Below are positions 62,138 to 64,000 of a stretch of DNA of 64,000 nucleotides, piece after piece. The position numbers and the translations under genes are program-made. Positions within the stretch are counted from its first letter, which is position 1. Every line of letters starts with the position of its first letter. The stretch covers positions 32,001-96,000 of the forward strand of contig JALGVJ010000005.1 in the NCBI GenBank assembly GCA_029838195.1. The letters are read 5' to 3'. A model generated the notes under the pieces. That model did not search any database. It saw only the letters and a list, made by a program, of their open reading frames with translations, and was not told the origin of the DNA. The DNA comes from Promethearchaeota archaeon (GTDB lineage Archaea > Asgardarchaeota > Lokiarchaeia > Sigyniarchaeales > SOKP01).

Positions 62138-63373
62138 TTGAAAATAAAAATAAAAAATGAAATAAAAAGAAAAATGATATCACCAACTACCCTTAACCCT
62201 AATTTTATTGGTCCTAGAGCCTTGTTTGATGATAATTTCATCCCTCCTAAATTATTATATAGAAGAAAAGAAAAAAATGCCTTTTTTTCCTTGTTAAATG
62301 ACGCCATCATAGATAATTTCGATTTAAGCGTATTATTTCAGGGAACTCGAGGAATTGGAAAGAAAGCTTTAGTTAATACGGTTTTAAGAGATTTAAAGCA
62401 ATTTCATGAGGATATTATGACAATAAACCAGATTAATATCAATTGTAGAGAAAAGAAAACTAAGGAGATTCTTTTTTCATTGATTACTCAAATGGATTCA
62501 ATATTGAATATTGATATTGATTTGAATGCGATTTGGAATTCAAGCATTAGTAATCTGTGGAATTTAATTAAAATCGTTTATGCTAGAATTAAAAATGAGC
62601 TCATTATCGTATTTAATAATGTGGAATATATAGAGCCAAAAATTTTTAATAAATTTTTAAATTTAGGCAAGGATGTTAATATAACAACGATTTACACGAT
62701 AAACAAGGTATTAGATCCTTCTACATTAGAAGTGCTTTCGAAATTTGACTTTAAAAATAGGTTGAATTTTTTTTCTTTTAAACAATTATATGATATTTTA
62801 AAACAGAGATGTTCCCTTACATTTCCCTTTGAGCTCGATCGAGAAATGATTGAATATATCGTAGACTTAATTTTTGAACATCACGTTCCTGTTCCGGGAA
62901 AGGGTATTGAAATTTTAAGAGATCTTTATCCATTTCTTCATAGAAAAAATACTATTACTCAATTTGAAATTTTAGAATCATGTCAGACTAATTTTGAAAC
63001 GCTTGGAATGATTGATGAGTTTAACTTGATTAATTTCATATCCGAAGAGAATATGTTAACTATTATATTTTTGGATAATTTGGCGGACTATTTTCTTACC
63101 CATTCATCAAAATTTTATATTTCTCGACTTGAATTGCATGAATTATATGAGCTATCGTGTGAAGCGTTGATTTATGAAAAAAATGCCAAAGAATTTAATA
63201 ACTTGATTCAAATGATAAATAATATAGGGATAATGAGCCGAGCAAGAAAAAAACCACTTGAAAGCTTTTCGAAATCTAAAAAAGAGACGAATAATGAATA
63301 TTATTTCATGGTTTTAGAAGCAAATAGGCTGAAAACCATGGTTGACACGATTTTTTCTAATTCCCAATTTTAA
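62138..63373 (+). CDS. Divergent Orc1/Cdc6-like AAA+ protein
   Basis: FDDNFIPPKLLYR, GTRGIGKK, ININC, ILKQR and a C-terminal wHTH. Confidence 0.7.
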   Translation: MKIKIKNEIKRKMISPTTLNPNFIGPRALFDDNFIPPKLLYRRKEKNAFFSLLNDAIIDNFDLSVLFQGTRGIGKKALVNTVLRDLKQFHEDIMTINQININCREKKTKEILFSLITQMDSILNIDIDLNAIWNSSISNLWNLIKIVYARIKNELIIVFNNVEYIEPKIFNKFLNLGKDVNITTIYTINKVLDPSTLEVLSKFDFKNRLNFFSFKQLYDILKQRCSLTFPFELDREMIEYIVDLIFEHHVPVPGKGIEILRDLYPFLHRKNTITQFEILESCQTNFETLGMIDEFNLINFISEENMLTIIFLDNLADYFLTHSSKFYISRLELHELYELSCEALIYEKNAKEFNNLIQMINNIGIMSRARKKPLESFSKSKKETNNEYYFMVLEANRLKTMVDTIFSNSQF

Positions 63374-63521
63374 TTTATATTTTTTTTTAAAACTTTCTTT
63401 TTTCATGAGATCTAAAGATTATTAAGGTTCTATTTTCTTCAATAATTTAGACCCATAAATAAGAAATTTAAAGGTAGACTATATCTTTTTTCTTATAATA
63501 TTGAAGGAAGGGAGTGTTACC

Positions 63522-64000
63522 GTGACATATATTAGAAAGATTTCGATGACGGGATTTAAATCATTTGGTGATAGAACGGTTACAATAAATTTTTCAAAAG
63601 GATTTACTTGTATTGTGGGCCCAAATGGAGCAGGAAAATCGAATATTATAGATGCATTGTGCTTTGCTTTAGGTCGATTAAGTAAAAAGACTATGAGGGC
63701 AAAAAGTTTAGAAGATTTAATATTTGCGGGAACTACCGGTAAAAACCCCAGCCGTAGAACTGCTGTTACCATCACCTTTGATAATTCCGAAGGAGTGTTT
63801 CCTGGAGGAACCGAAACGTTTGAGATTACGAGAATCATCAAAAGGGGTGGTTCGGGAAAGTATAAAATGAATGGAAAAACAGCAACGCGACAACAAATTT
63901 TAGATGCTTTGGCAAGAGGAAATATTGATCCAGATGGCTCGAATCAATTTGTTTTACAAGGAAAAATCGTAGAATTGACTCACATGAATGCAGATGAGAG
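63522..64000 (+). CDS. smc: Chromosome segregation ATPase SMC (5' part; runs off the window end)
   Basis: GTG start; GFKSF, GPNGAGKSNI and the Q-loop FVLQG. Confidence 0.93.
   Translation, partial: MTYIRKISMTGFKSFGDRTVTINFSKGFTCIVGPNGAGKSNIIDALCFALGRLSKKTMRAKSLEDLIFAGTTGKNPSRRTAVTITFDNSEGVFPGGTETFEITRIIKRGGSGKYKMNGKTATRQQILDALARGNIDPDGSNQFVLQGKIVELTHMNADE

Noticed and set aside
63479-63841. Antisense ORFs in the track (for example 63479-63841, 18147-18416, 29692-30126, 22631-22948)
   Set aside because: They are shadows of well-supported genes on the opposite strand.
1-64000. CRISPR arrays, rRNA, transposases or integrases
   Set aside because: No regularly spaced repeats, rRNA-like sequence or mobile-element protein motifs were seen.

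Overview
This is an AT-rich chromosomal segment of an archaeon, most likely an Asgard (Lokiarchaeia/Promethearchaeota-type) organism. The assignment rests on archaeal core genes (eS19-PDCD5-eL39-eL31-aIF6-eL20-pfdA-ftsY-secE, Gar1-TFB, ArcS-RaSEA, RNase P proteins, eL15, FtsZ, SMC) mixed with eukaryotic-signature-type genes (Rab-like GTPase, roadblock, longin-like and TPR proteins). Reading beyond the ORF track shows several hidden features. (1) dnaG is split by a 37-nt bulge-helix-bulge (BHB) intron whose canonical excision exactly restores the conserved GAIFGQ|TEGLL motif. (2) A tRNA-Phe carries three BHB introns and a tRNA-Gly carries one. (3) An unannotated 116-aa ORF has an in-frame UGA and a eukaryote-type SECIS hairpin right after its stop, making it a candidate new selenoprotein. 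(4) An unannotated 35-aa peptide with a duplicated SCKCGGDAC core lies near an RRE/PqqD-radical SAM/SPASM gene, suggesting a RiPP system. (5) There is a Thermotoga-type inositol catabolic cluster (iolG/M/N/O plus an MFS permease). I found no CRISPR array, rRNA or intact mobile element. All family assignments come from motif recognition; no database searches were run.
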